A stretch of 63,556 bases of DNA, counting the filler, from Nemertoderma westbladi (taxonomy: Eukaryota; Animalia; Xenacoelomorpha), in assembly GCA_032718475.1 (NCBI GenBank). It is 4 parts of 4 records of this genome, joined end to end, with 100 filler letters (N's around TTAATTAATTAA, not from the genome) between each part and the next. Parts side by side here need not be neighbours in the genome. Positions count along the whole stretch, not along the records: positions 22,893 to 45,736 come from JAUCBJ010007254.1; positions 45,837 to 61,920 come from JAUCBJ010008308.1; 2 more parts are not named here. One strand, 5' to 3'. A program made the position numbers and the translations under genes. Below are positions 36,675-49,330 of the stretch, one piece after another. Under the pieces are notes generated by a model, which was given only the letters and a program-made list of their open reading frames with translations, made no database searches and was not told the DNA's origin. Numbering within the stretch: the stretch's first letter is position 1; the number at the start of each line of letters is the position of its first letter.

Positions 36675-37736
36675 GGGAAAGGAGCAGGTTACAGTGTCAC
36701 GTTATTTTAACCAAAATAATAAACTAAACACAATAGAACAAGTTACAGTTTTATTTTTGCTCGTATTCAGCTGTTATTTGCGTCCAGCAATTTCCCCTGG
36801 AGAGGGATGAATTTTTATTGCGTCCAGTTTCCCCCCCTATCTGTTATCCCAATAAGGGTCATGGCAATACAATACGTAATGAACAGTAATTATATACAGT
36901 ACCTACACAAGTATAAATAAGTATAAGAGTTTTTGGCCAACTAATAAAGCATAAGTACTAAATACAGATACACAAAACATTTAGATGCAAATCCAAACAG
37001 AATTACCTACTGTAATGCAAAGCAAATTGAATAATAAAATAAAATAAGTGACATGATAAGGAAGTTGGGCCGCACTGGTTACGCGTAGTTGGATTACGAA
37101 TTTGGGTTACAGGGAGATCGAAATGCTTTTTAATTTAGAAGTTCGTATTAATTTAGAACTTCGTATGCCGTATTGAGCAATTCGACTAGAAGATTATTAG
37201 TTGTTCTGTCATTATATTTCATTATGCTATAGAATTTCATATTATCGTCTAAATTATTTAAAAGTAAATTCGTTTTTAGTTTTTATATAGTAAATAGTTT
37301 TTCTCGTTGATTATAAAATTTGGGGCACCTAATTACAATGTGTTTCTCGTTCTCTATTGACTCATCAATAGAAAATCTAAACAATCTACTTTCCAGGGGG
37401 GTTTTATATTATACTAATAATATTTATAATATTATAATAATAATATTTATAATATTATAATAATAATATTTATAATATTATAATAATAATATTTATAATA
37501 TTATAATAATAATATTTATAATATTATAATAATAACATTTATAATATTATAATAATAATATTTATAATATTATAATAATCATATTTATAATATAATAATA
37601 ATAATATTTATAAAATTATAATATAAAAATAATAGGAACAGCTGATTACTGACAAAAAATAAAACTATAAATTGTTCATTTAACTGAATTTATAATTTTT
37701 TTTAAATAACGAGCCATTGTAACCTGCTCCTATCCC
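36675..37736. mobile_element. TTAA-flanked (Kolobok-like) MITE whose TIR matches the 68-bp satellite unit
   Basis: Left TTTA|GGGAAAGGAGCAGGTTACAGTG; right end reverse complement TTAA|GGGATAGGAGCAGGTTACAATG. Confidence 0.65.
37415..37625. repeat. 23-bp AT-rich minisatellite
   Basis: About 9 units of taataatatttataatattataa. Confidence 0.9.
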
Positions 37737-40329
37737 TTAATTTATCATTTACCGTGAAACGAGGTATTAATTCGCCGAGTTGGGATTTGCGTGAAGTGCA
37801 CCGCACCCCATGTCGCCTAGTTTCCCATGTACGTTGACCATTTAAATTGTGATGCTTCAAGGCAGAACCCCCCCCCCCACCCCTGCATGTCCGTGCATGT
37901 TGCAATATGCTATAAATGCAAGTAAAGCAATACATCACCTACCTGCCTGTTCACGGTTTGCTGTGATCCTCACACACTCACTCACACGTGTCAGACAACA
38001 TGCCTCTCTCCCTACCACCAAATCCCTATGAGAATGTAGGAATAGGCCTAATGAACTTGGTGAGCCTTTTTACCAAAGATAACTCACCAAGGCCCACTTA
38101 AAAACAGATTTGTGTGTTACTTAATTCCCCGGTAGGCCTAGAGCTTGATCTTGTATGAATTCCCAATGACCATGCCCATAAATTACGTTGCCCTGGTTAC
38201 TTTGCTTTTGCTTCCAATTTGGTATGCAGATTCTCAATTTTCCCTACAAGTGGAACGATAATTCACGTCTCTGATTGGTGAATTCGCCATACAGGGAAAT
38301 ACAGAGAGAGGCTTATACGCATTCTCACACATAACCTTTAAACTCCCTAGTATGAGCAAGGAGGATTCCTTACACTATTAGTTGTACAGTAAGTAGCACT
38401 GCAGTATTTTTTGCACATAATTCAATAGTTCCTTTATATACTACATATTGTAGAAAATAAATATAATTTTTTAGCGTTTATTAATCAGTTCGTTATCAAG
38501 CAAAATCTCTTGCAATTGCATATTTGTTAGGTAATTTGTGACAAACAACTTACACAATGCGATTATTTAACTTTTTAGACTCATTTCTTCCATTTTTTGG
38601 TGTTAGACAGAAACTGCACCAGCACAGGTACAGTGGAAGTCTACCCCACAGTGCGACTAAGGTATGACTTATGTCCCAAGTGTGTGTGCCTGTAGTACTA
38701 AGAATTGAGCTAGCTGCACGAAACGGGGTAAAATCCCTGTTAAAAATAGGGCAATAAATGGTGAAATTGTTAAAAATAGGGAAATAGTGGCAGGCTATAC
38801 GAATATTATATACCCATCATGCCATCAACATAAACGAATAAACGAATTATACAGCACATAGCACATAAACTACATATTAACATTATTAAAGTGGGCTAAT
38901 TAGTTACATCGGTACTCGCTATTACAATCTCTAAGTTCTGGGTCAAAACAGTCAAATTTGTTTCTACTGTCTCTCCAGTAGAGAGGAATTTCTTAGATTA
39001 TAGCCTTTTATGAGTTAGGGTTAGGGTAACATGGCAGTTTTAATTAGGGCATATTCGTCTAGGACACCATCATATAACCAAGCAAGCAACCAATCTATCC
39101 TACAACTCCAAGAACATGAGTGGCATGGCTGGGATTTGTACAATTACCATAGAACACACCAACACGCCAACCAATAAGGGATGTCCATTGGTAAATTCCA
39201 CTTCAGATACACTACTGTAGGCCTACAGTAGGGAATGAACATACAGTCCAGATAGCCAACCATAAACAGCACAGAACATCATGGTGAGTATTTTCGAGGC
39301 AAGGAAGTGCGGAAATTGAGTTTGTAGAATGTAGGCTTTGTAATCCTGTGACATTTTTTTAAATCTAAATAATTTGGAGTGAATTCAATAACCTGAGCAT
39401 TAATATCAATACTGTAAGTGGCTTATATTAGAAGCATCTTTTTACTTTTGATAGTACTGTACAAAATAATTTAATTTTGTAGAATCATGGGATTGGGAGT
39501 TTAGAGCAACATATTGGTCAAGTGACCTAGTGCAGAAATAACTTATTGGTCAAGTGACATAGTGCAGAAATAACTTATTGGGGAAGTGACTGCACCCCAG
39601 AACTACTGTACAGTACTAAAAAATATCGCTGTAACTACAGTAACTGTATAAAATGTTAACTGTCATTTGCCCTGTATATGTTACTCTAGTTGCCCAATAC
39701 AAATCAGATGCGCCACATCCCCAACAGTTTAAAATAGAAAAGTCACTTTCCTAATACAGTAATATATGATGATAGTGATGAGATATATATATCTCATCAC
39801 ATATTAATGTGTTTAATAATTATTTTATTGCTTAATAGACTACAAAGTTCATCTTTAATTAATCTTAGAGAAACTTACAACAACAGTACAAATTAGATTG
39901 TAAGGCATTGTGTTTATGGCGCCGTTAGTGTAATATGGTATATATTTGTTTTAAATACCCCATAACATTAAACCGCATGCAAAAACATATATTTCACTTC
40001 CAAGAGCGCGCGGTTATATTAGTTAGGGGGTTTAATAATTCAATAATATAATAATTTATTCTCCAATTTTGGGAGATGAAATAAATGCCATCTTGACTGA
40101 TACTGATGACATACTGTAGATGTTAATTGAATTACATAATTATATAATAAATCCAGCCACGAGCAAATTTCGATAGCAGCTACCCGAAGGTACTGGTATG
40201 GGTGGCTATACTCATATGCAAAGTTGAAACCTGAGCTGCCGAGCTTCCGAAATTGAGCATGCATTCACGTGGGGCATGAAGGGCCCCGATATCGTTTGGG
40301 ACTGTTATTATTATGGTACGGCCCATGTC

Positions 40330-40872
40330 AAGTATGTAATATTATTGTTAGGTAGGTTTTCGTGCAGCGCATAAGGTTCATCTCCAAAAAAAACATAGGG
40401 CAAACACTTTAATGTATTCGGTAGAGTTGCAGCCTCAGGAAAATCCAGACACTTTGCATTGAATGCTTTACCAAAAGCAGAATTTTGGAATATTTCTCTA
40501 TCAATATTGCGACCATAATCGCCGATGTCAATAACATTGAAGAGGCAGTTAGCATTTGCCACTGCTTGGATGACGATTGAGTGGTAGTCCTTGTAGTTGA
40601 AATACATCGAACCACTATGGGCAGGGGCTTGTATTCTGATATGTTTTCCATCTATACGCCCGATGCGATGCAGTGGTTAAAGTCCCAGAGTTCTGAAAAC
40701 CGAACTTGATTGGAAACCATGTCTCTCTTGTAGGTTTGGGAATATTTATTGGTTGTAGTAGGTCCCAAATGGCCCTACACAGGTCTGGTACACAATGAGT
40801 TCAACTTCATTGTGGGACACTCTGAAGTTGTAATCTGTGTTGACGAAGCTGTTGCCAGTCACCAAGTATCTA
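40330..40872 (-). mobile_element. PIF/Harbinger transposase (DDE_Tnp_4-like) remnant
   Basis: RYLVTG, IDGKHIRIQAP..SGSMYFNYKDYHSIVIQAV, IDIGDYGR..D, PYVFFGDEPYAL; frameshifted. Confidence 0.88.
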
Positions 40873-41643
40873 GGGAAGAGTAATGCACAATTATACTATT
40901 ATGTAAATAATACTATTTGTGACGGTATCCAGTTGAGTTGACAGTGCTGGATACCGACCAGTGTAGGTTGTATGCGTCGTCGCGTCGCTGGGCTGCTGAG
41001 CTAAGGCTGGACGTGTGTATGTTTGGCCGAAGGCCGATGAAAACAATATAGTTTGTTTGTCAGTATTGATAATCACAGCAATTGATAATAGCACAGTCTG
41101 AATATAATAATATGCAATACAAACAGTAACAGTAACGACGACGGTCAAAAACTATTCCGGTCTCACAACCGTAAGGGAATCAACTGACTAATAATCAGTA
41201 ATTACAAGGGTTATATCATTGACATTTATTGGTTTTAGCCCTACACTACTGGGCGGCCTCTAATATCCAATGGATGCGCTCTTGTCCTCCCAATGTGCCT
41301 TCCTGCTCGTTATTGGCTTATATGTTAATTGTCACTTCGCCACTCCCTGTTGGCATTACCTCTTGGTGCTAGCCTCACTAGCTTGTTTCTCCCTCTGAGG
41401 TGGTTTGACCTCTCACCTCTCTCTGTGGCTTACGGCGTGTATCGCCCTCCCCAGTTGGTTATGAGGTGAGATTATTATTGGTAATCTCACATCGCCAACT
41501 ATATTGGTAAAGTGCCACTAATCCCATTTTCGGTGGGTAATGCACGGAATTGAATCCACTTACAATATTAATTAATCAAATATCAATTAAATTAATATTA
41601 ATTAAATAATAATTATTACATAATTAATAGCATGTTTTTTCAG

Positions 41644-41815
41644 ACATTAAGGAAACATGGACAAAACTATATGATTTTGCGAACACCCATAGAAAGAGAC
41701 TCCATGAGAAACAGCCATCAGGAAAGGGACGACGGCCAACAAGGAAATCCCCGACATGGTGTTATGTAGGGGAAATGAATTTCATGTTCTATGTCTATGG
41801 AAAAGCACGTCCTTG
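41644..41815 (+). CDS. Exon of a MADF/Myb-SANT-like protein, likely the second Harbinger gene
   Basis: ttttttcag acceptor and gtaag donor bracket an open frame IKETWTKLYDFANTHRKRL..PSGKG...WCYVGEMNF, resembling the MADF C-terminal W..LRD...SGSG...W.YF..M.F pattern. Confidence 0.55.
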
Positions 41816-42502
41816 GTAAGGCCCAGTGAATTGATTCAAGCAAAATGGGATCTATAAACCTTAATTGTGACATCTCAAAATAATAAAGCCATACAATAAA
41901 ATAAAACAAATAAGTGAATATGTATTAGGGAAAACATGTGTTGCAGGATGAAGTAACAATTATTGCAGTATCCTGTGTGACACCCTGCTTTTTTATACTT
42001 GAAGGTAGAACTGGCTGAAGGTTGAAGTATTGTGTCTGCCACCGACCTTAATGCCTGCCCTCCTAATGGGAATCCTCTAAACAATTATGAACAAAATTGT
42101 TACCAAAATTTATCTGTTCCATTATAATACAAAAATACCGAATATCTCTGAAGACTGTGCTTGAGTTAAAGCTTATACTCTAATAAATGAATTTGTCTAC
42201 ATTGAAATTGGCCACCCTTCGATTTCCATAGTGATAAAGCATAGACTTCGCACAGTATCTGACCTAACCTTTAGATTCACAGAACGACGATGACGAAGAT
42301 CTGCTATCATCATTATTACTGAGTAACGAGAGAAGTATCGCAAAGTCTTCCTTATGCTTGTATATATGGGACTGCAGCAATATTTAAAATGACAAACACA
42401 TTGAGAATGAATAGCTGAATAGGATGAAGTCAAACATCAGGCATGATGAGAGCCGATATGAGGAAATCAAAATATATCACCTATCTCTGTGTAAATCCTA
42501 AT

Positions 42503-45500
42503 GTGCCCATGCCTTTACCTTACGTATTCGAAGGTCCTCACCTGACTTCCGGATCCATGATCCCAGGTAACAGAAGTCGTCCACATGCTCAAGCATACCA
42601 TCCTTTGAGCTTATGCTCATCCGATCAGAGACTTGCTGAGGACTTTCAAAGTTAATTGTCAAAATTTTCGTCTTTCTGGAGTTAATAAAAAGACCAACAC
42701 TAGAAGCAGCATGTTCTAATGAGCTGAATAAGCTGTTGGGCTCCCTCTAGTGATTCTGAGAGTACTCCTAAGTCATCAGCAAGGTCTAGATCAGTTAGGT
42801 ACTTGGCAGGATTTCCTGGACTTCTGAAGCCAGTAGGTGGAGTTATCATCACTAGGGTTCGACTGGAGCAATTTTTTTTGCCGGAGCCGGGTACTGGACC
42901 GGAGCAACCTAAAAGTGCCGGAGCCGGGGCCGGAGCCAGACCGGAGCAACATTGTTTGTTATTTAGCCTTGAGTTTGCCGTGATTAATTTTGCAGATAGC
43001 TCGGGGGGGGGGGGGGGGGCTCTTTACTGCTTTACATAATCAATTAACGGATATCTATCTGTCTATCTAGTACGGTAGTAATAGCATAGATCTACAGACT
43101 GACAGACCTATACCTGTATAGGCCTACTGATATAATATAATCTATATTATATATACTGTCATTCGGGTACTGCCTGACAGCTGGACAGCCTGGCCGATGT
43201 ACTAGCTAACTGGCAGACTGGATTGGAATGGAACTAATTCTGTTACTGCAGTACTGGTAGCAATTAAAGTTAGGATTTGTAGTCTTGTGTAAGTGGAAGA
43301 CTGTCAGACTCATAGGCCTACAGCTGTACAGCGAAAGACAATCAGACAACAGGACAATGCAACAGCAATAGTCAGATAGGCCTACAGTGTATAGCCTACA
43401 GCCATACCGTAATACAGTCAGCAGTACAGTCTGCCAGTAGACGTTGATCAGTTCGCAGACGGACGTCTGGTGTCTGGCTGTATGTTTGCCTTGCCTATCC
43501 ATGTAGCTATCGTGCAGAACAAATACTTTTTGCCTGAGCTCCTGCACCTAATTTGACCGGAGCCGGACATGCCAAGTCCGGCCGGAGCCAGAGCCGGAGC
43601 CAGAACCAGAGCCGGAGCTCCGGTCGAACCCTAATCATCACCCCATCATTATTATGATGATCTAAGGACATGCATAGAACATAGTCAACAACAATTATGA
43701 ACAAGAATGGTGCAAGTGTGTCTCCCTGGAGGATGCCCCATAACACTTCAAATGGTTCTGTGTCACCGTCAACAGTAGACACAAATGTTGTCGAACCATT
43801 GTATACTGATCTGATTGCTGCAATAATTTCATCAGGAATCCCATATAATGAAAGTATGCTGAACATACGTGAGCGAGAGACTGAATCAGAACATACGTGA
43901 GCGAGAGACTGAATCAAAGGCCTTGAAGAAGTCAACAAAGATAACAGCCAGATGCCTGTCTTTCTTTTTTGATAACTCTTCAATTATCCTTCTAAGTGCC
44001 AAAATGGGCTCCATGGTCCCACGACCTTTACGGAACCCATTCTGATTTCCACGGAGCAGTCTCTCAATGGGATCCCTGATGCAATTTAATAGAATTCTAT
44101 TGTATAGCTTTGCAGCAATCGAGATCAATGAGATTCCCCGAAAAGAACCATAGAGTGTTAGGTTGCCCTTCTTGGGAACTGGCACCAACTTATTTGTTTT
44201 CATTTCTTGTGGGACTCTTGTTGTACGGTACATGTCTGTCTACTATGATGGGATAGATGAGCTTTAAACACTCAGGTATTTTAAAGACCTCTGGGGGAAC
44301 ACCATCTACTCCACTGGCACGATTGGTCTTAATGCTCTTTGCAGCAGCCTTCACTTCTGCAAAGGAGATATCACCAATGGGAATATCTGGGAGTACAGAC
44401 TCAGACACTTTTACTTCTATAAAGTTATCAGGCAATACCCTGTCATTAGTGAGGAGCTTTTCAAAGTGGGACTTCCAACCATTGAGGTGATCGGCTGGTG
44501 ATTCAGCCTTAACCTCGGTGGTTGGTTGGCTTTTTCGACCAGCAAGCAAGTTGATCGATCTCCATGCCTGGGATGATTGCCTGCTGTCATCAGCATCATT
44601 GATGGCATCAACCTATTGGTTTATTAGCTCCTGTAAATTAACGGAGTACTGCCTGTTCAGGGACTTAGATGCAGCCTTAACTGCATTCTTGGCCGCTGTA
44701 GTCTGTTTGAGTCGGAACTCTTTCTGCGCCTTGTAAAGGTCATTTCGGCACTTCTGAATTTTGTTGTCAGTCCAGGGGGCCCGTTTCCTGTTTCGAGGGT
44801 ATACAGGAACTGTTTCTGCAGCTGCTAACTATACTGCCTCTGTGAAGGCAGTATAGCCCTCACAGTGATCTGCCGCCTCAGAGGCAAGAACCTCATACCT
44901 GTTGCTCAGCTGTAGTGTGAAGCTGGATTTCACACTTGGCTGTTGCAACAGAGAGAACCAGTCATGCCGCGGCAAGGCAGATTTCGTTGTTCTGCTAGCG
45001 CGCAGACTAAGTCTTACCTTGGCCACAATAAGGCGGTGATCACTGGAGAAGGGTCGTAGTGTAAATGCATTACAGTCTTGTATAGAGCTCCTGTATTTCC
45101 TACGAAACAGGATATGGTCTATCTGGGACTTGTGACCACTGGGTCCACTATGAGTCCATAGCTTTCCAGTTCACTTCTTGAACTTGGTTCCAGCTGAAAA
45201 TAATCCATTTCCAGAGATAAAATCCTGAAGATGGACGGAATTTCGGTTAACACTATTGCTATAGACCCAGGGTGATATAGGTGATTGACAATATGTTGTA
45301 ATTGTCTTACTATCGACTAGTCGTAGGTGCAGTTGCAGTGACAGTAACTTGTAGAACGTAGACCCTTTTACTAGGGCAAATCTGGTGCTGTAACTAGGAC
45401 CCCCTTCGTTCTGGGATAAGGACGCCCTTGGTCCTGGATTAAGGACCCATATACTTGGCTGCAGGGGTATATGGCCTGGCCAGGCAGATGGTGATCTACC

Positions 45501-45736
45501 AATGGCTGGTCAGGAGTAGAGTGTTCTCATGTCCACTCTGAGTGCACTTCACTGCGACCTGCACCTGACAGCAGGGGTACAGGGCATGACCCAGCAGATT
45601 AGCTGCACAGCCAATGGTGGGTCATGTGCGCGAGAGTAGATATGGGTGATGGGCCTCATATCGGAATCCACTGTGACACCCACCCTGTGGGATGGCAAAC
45701 CAGGGTGTGGTGTTTGCCCCAAGAGCTGACTCGGCA
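42503..45736 (-). mobile_element. Near full-length degenerate RTE-like LINE (APE endonuclease + RT)
   Basis: WTH...SQIDHIL...SDHRL (APE end); PVPKKG, FRGISL, QNGFR, FVDFFKAFDSV, GILQGDTLAPFLF, DLADD; 28-bp duplication at 43861-43916; runs into the linker. Confidence 0.92.
42853..43633. mobile_element. hAT-type MITE inserted in the LINE RT
   Basis: TIR TAGGGTTCGAC(T/C)GGAGC; 8-bp TSD ATCATCAC (42845-52, 43634-41); CCGGAG subterminal repeats. Confidence 0.92.
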
Positions 45737-45836
45737 NNNNNNNNNNNNNNNNNNNNNNNNNNNNNNNNNNNNNNNNNNNNTTAATTAATTAANNNNNNNN
45801 NNNNNNNNNNNNNNNNNNNNNNNNNNNNNNNNNNNN
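45737..45836. other. Artificial contig linker
   Basis: N44-TTAATTAATTAA-N44. Confidence 0.97.
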
Positions 45837-46116
45837 ACAGTACTGCTGTAGTAGGGCTGAGTAGGGACTAGGGTAGTGTACTCTTTTTGTTTTGTAGTTG
45901 TACCGGTACTATTTCTGTATTTCTTGGATTGTAGCTATATCTGTGTGTATATTACTGTATTATGAGTACGGTACCTGAGTACGGTATATTATATTTCTGT
46001 ATTTGGTTTATTATTTTGGTTTGGTTAGGCCTATGCAGGAATGCAGCTATGCGGTTGGTTAGTTCTGTAGTTCAGTAGTTGGCCAGGCCTTAACCCTAAT
46101 TAAAACTGTCACATAG

Positions 46117-46541
46117 GCCATTCTTCTTCTGATGATGAATCCTCGGAATTATCTTATGGATCTAAATCGTCTAGTATCTGCAGTGGTCCATCTGATAGTC
46201 GAGATGAGGGTGACTATGTTGGTGAGTTGGTTTGGGCGCGGCAACGTATAACAAAACCATTCTGGCCTGCCCGAACTGAAAGAGCTCCAGAGGGTTCCGC
46301 AATGCCCAAGCCAAAGCATCCAGGGGACAACTTCAAGTGGATTTACTTCTTTGGTTCTAACAATTTCTCATGGATTAAAGACACTGGGGAATACATTGTT
46401 CCATATTTTGAAAATCGCGAGCAGCATGGGAAAAGGAAGGCTTCGTCTACAGTCAAATTTCTAAAGGGACTTGATGACATTGATGAAGAATATACCGCAA
46501 TGTCTGTTAGGAAAAATGATTGTCCATATCAGGAAGAGTGA
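46117..46541 (+). CDS. Terminal exon encoding a PWWP domain
   Basis: VGELVWARQ...PFWPA...IYFFGSNNFSWI...IVPY...FLKGLDDI follows the PWWP pattern; Ser/Asp-rich linker upstream; acceptor cacatag at 46110-16; in-frame stop at 46101; AATAAA at ~46652. Confidence 0.75.
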
Positions 46542-46669
46542 ATGGTTCAATACATTATCATTTAGGATTTAGGAAACTGTAAATTCATTTATTCAATAAT
46601 TTGATTATCATTTATATTTGATAAACATATTTGATATTATATTTGATATTCAATAAACCATTATTTGAA

Positions 46670-47407
46670 ATCTAAAACACCGACTTGATCCTCATTTGAA
46701 ACCTGAAACACCGGTTGATCTTAAATTAACCACAGGTTAAACCATGTATTTGAAACCTGAAACAACGGTTGATCCACATTAAACGCAGGTTTAACCATTT
46801 ATTTTGAAAAAAAACACCGGTTGATCTTAAATTAACCACAGGTTAAACCATATATTTGAAACCCGAAACACCGGTTGATCTTAAATTAACCACAGGTTAA
46901 ACCATATATTTGAAACCTGAAACAACGGTTGATCCATATTAAACGCAGGTTTAACCATTTATTTTGAAAAAAAACACCGGTTGATCTTAAATTAACCACA
47001 GGTTAAACCATATATTTGAAACCCGAAACACCGGTTGATCTTAAATTAACCACAGGTTAAACCAAAGGTTAAATATATTTAAAACCTGAAACAACGGTTG
47101 ATCCACATTAAACGCAGGTTTATCCATTTATTTTGAAACCTAAACACCTGTTTACCATAAATTAACCACAGGTTAAATCATTTATTTGAAACCTGAAACA
47201 CCATTGAACTTAAGCACAACCACTGGTTGTTATACGAAAAACAACCTGAGGTTTAATTTATAAAATTTAACCACAGGTTATCTTTGAATCGATAAACCTC
47301 TGGTTCCTCGAATTAACCGCAGGTCAAAAATTCACCAAATTAACCTGGGGTTATTTTCGAAAACCAGAGGTTTTTTAAAAAAGAACCACTGGTACGATTT
47401 TTCAGTG
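46670..47407. mobile_element. Right terminus of a CACTA/EnSpm-like transposon with a subterminal repeat array
   Basis: Ends ...TTTTTCAGTG|TA (reverse complement CACTGAAAAA); many AACC-NNN-GGTT palindromes in ~55-60-bp units with a ~171-bp higher-order period. Confidence 0.6.
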
Positions 47408-48432
47408 TAGTGACTCTGTAACCTTTGCTTTCCTAACTTCTATGTCTTTTCTGCTGATCTCTATCGCACGATACTGGAAGTCGTGAAATTACATTAAATT
47501 TATTTTATATTATTTATTTAATAATATTAATTACTGTAAATTTTATTATCGAAACATTGTCTAGTAATATTCATATCCTATTTTATTTTATCTATATATT
47601 GTATTAAAATAAATGAACGAAATCAACGATAGTATAAAAGTCTGAGTGGGAGAGAAATTACACGATAAAATAAAAAGTATCAGGCCTACTATCGATCTGG
47701 AGAAAACCATTCTTAATTTTTTTAATTCAATTATAAATTACTAAATTATTCAATCCATCGCACAAAAAATATATAATAATGTCGTCAATTAGGTCCATAT
47801 CAAATCAATTACTGGTAAAACCGACACAACATTATTATATTAATTCGTAAGTAAATATTTGTCACCTGCAAATAAGTTTAAATCAAACAGTCACGAGTTC
47901 GTGTTGTACCGGTATTGTAAGTAAATCCATTGGAAGTGAATTATAGTAAATTAATCATCACCTGTTAGAAATGTAACAACCTTTTTTATCCCGCGGGGGA
48001 GCCACAATGTAACACGGATGGGGGGGGGGGGGGGGGTTATAATTTAAACACGGTGTAATATTTATTCCGGGTAGCAATAGAGCCTGTGCTGCTATACGGC
48101 GCCCACGCTGTGCTCTTATGGCAGAAGACAACATACCCCGGTGTTGGTTCATACAACACCAGACTGCTGCACAGGTTTCACGGCATTTATTACAACAAAC
48201 AAACGAGGCATTGTCCACAATCGGTTTTCAATTTCAAATACATGTGCTGAGTTAATATGGCAACATAAATAATTAAATTTTAATTACACTACGCGTTTAT
48301 CCAATCTGTATGACTAGATATAATTTTTAACTTCTGTCCATTGGTATTTTTTGGCGCGTCAATTCGAAGTTCAATACTTCGGAGGGGAAACTTATTGAAA
48401 TTTAAATATTATGTAACTCTGTGGTCTAAATA

Positions 48433-49330
48433 GTAGAACCTTATGCGCCCGGTCTATAACAGGATGTCTATAATGTAGAACTTTATGCGCCCGGTCTATA
48501 ACAGGATGTCTATAATGTAGAACTTTATGCGCCCGGTCTATAACAGGATGTCTATAATGTAGAACTTTATACGCCCGGTCTATAACAGGATGTCTATAAG
48601 GTAGAACTTTATGCGCCCGGTCTATAACAGGATGTCTATAATGTAGAACTTTATGCGCCCGGTCTATAACAGGATGTCTATAATGTAGAACTTTATACGC
48701 CCGGTCTATAACAGGATGTCTATAAGGTAGAACTTTATGCGCCCGGTCTATAACAGGATGTCTATAATGTAGAACTTTATGCGCCCGGTCTATAACAGGA
48801 TGTCTATAATGTAGAACTTTATGCGCCCGGTCTATAACAGGATGTTTATAATGTATAACTTTATGCGCCCGGTCTATAACAGGATGTCTATAATGTAGAA
48901 CTTTATACGCCCGGTCTATGACAGGATGTCTATAATGTAGAACTTTATACGCCCGGTCTATGACAGGATGTCTATAATGTAGAACTTTATGCTTTTTTTA
49001 CTATTATTTATTTACTACTTTTTACTATTTTTACTTTGTACATGTGTATTTCGTTATGTGTAATTTTATGCTCCTGGTTTATAACAGGATTCTGGTTCAT
49101 TGGATTATAACTGGTTCTATAATGTAGAACTTTATACGCCCGGTCTATGACAGGATGTCTATAATGTAGAACTTTATGCTTTTTTTACTATTATTTATTT
49201 ACTACTTTTTACTATTTTTACTTTGTACATGTGTATTTCGTTATGTGGAATTTTATGCTCCTGGTTTATAACAGGATTCTGGTTCATTGGATTATAACTG
49301 GTTCTATAATGTAGAACTTTATGCGCCCGG
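48433..49330. repeat. 42-bp minisatellite (~13 copies) followed by a ~196-bp duplication
   Basis: Unit gtagaactttatgcgcccggtctataacaggatgtctataat; ~48990-49130 is repeated at ~49178-49325. Confidence 0.95.
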
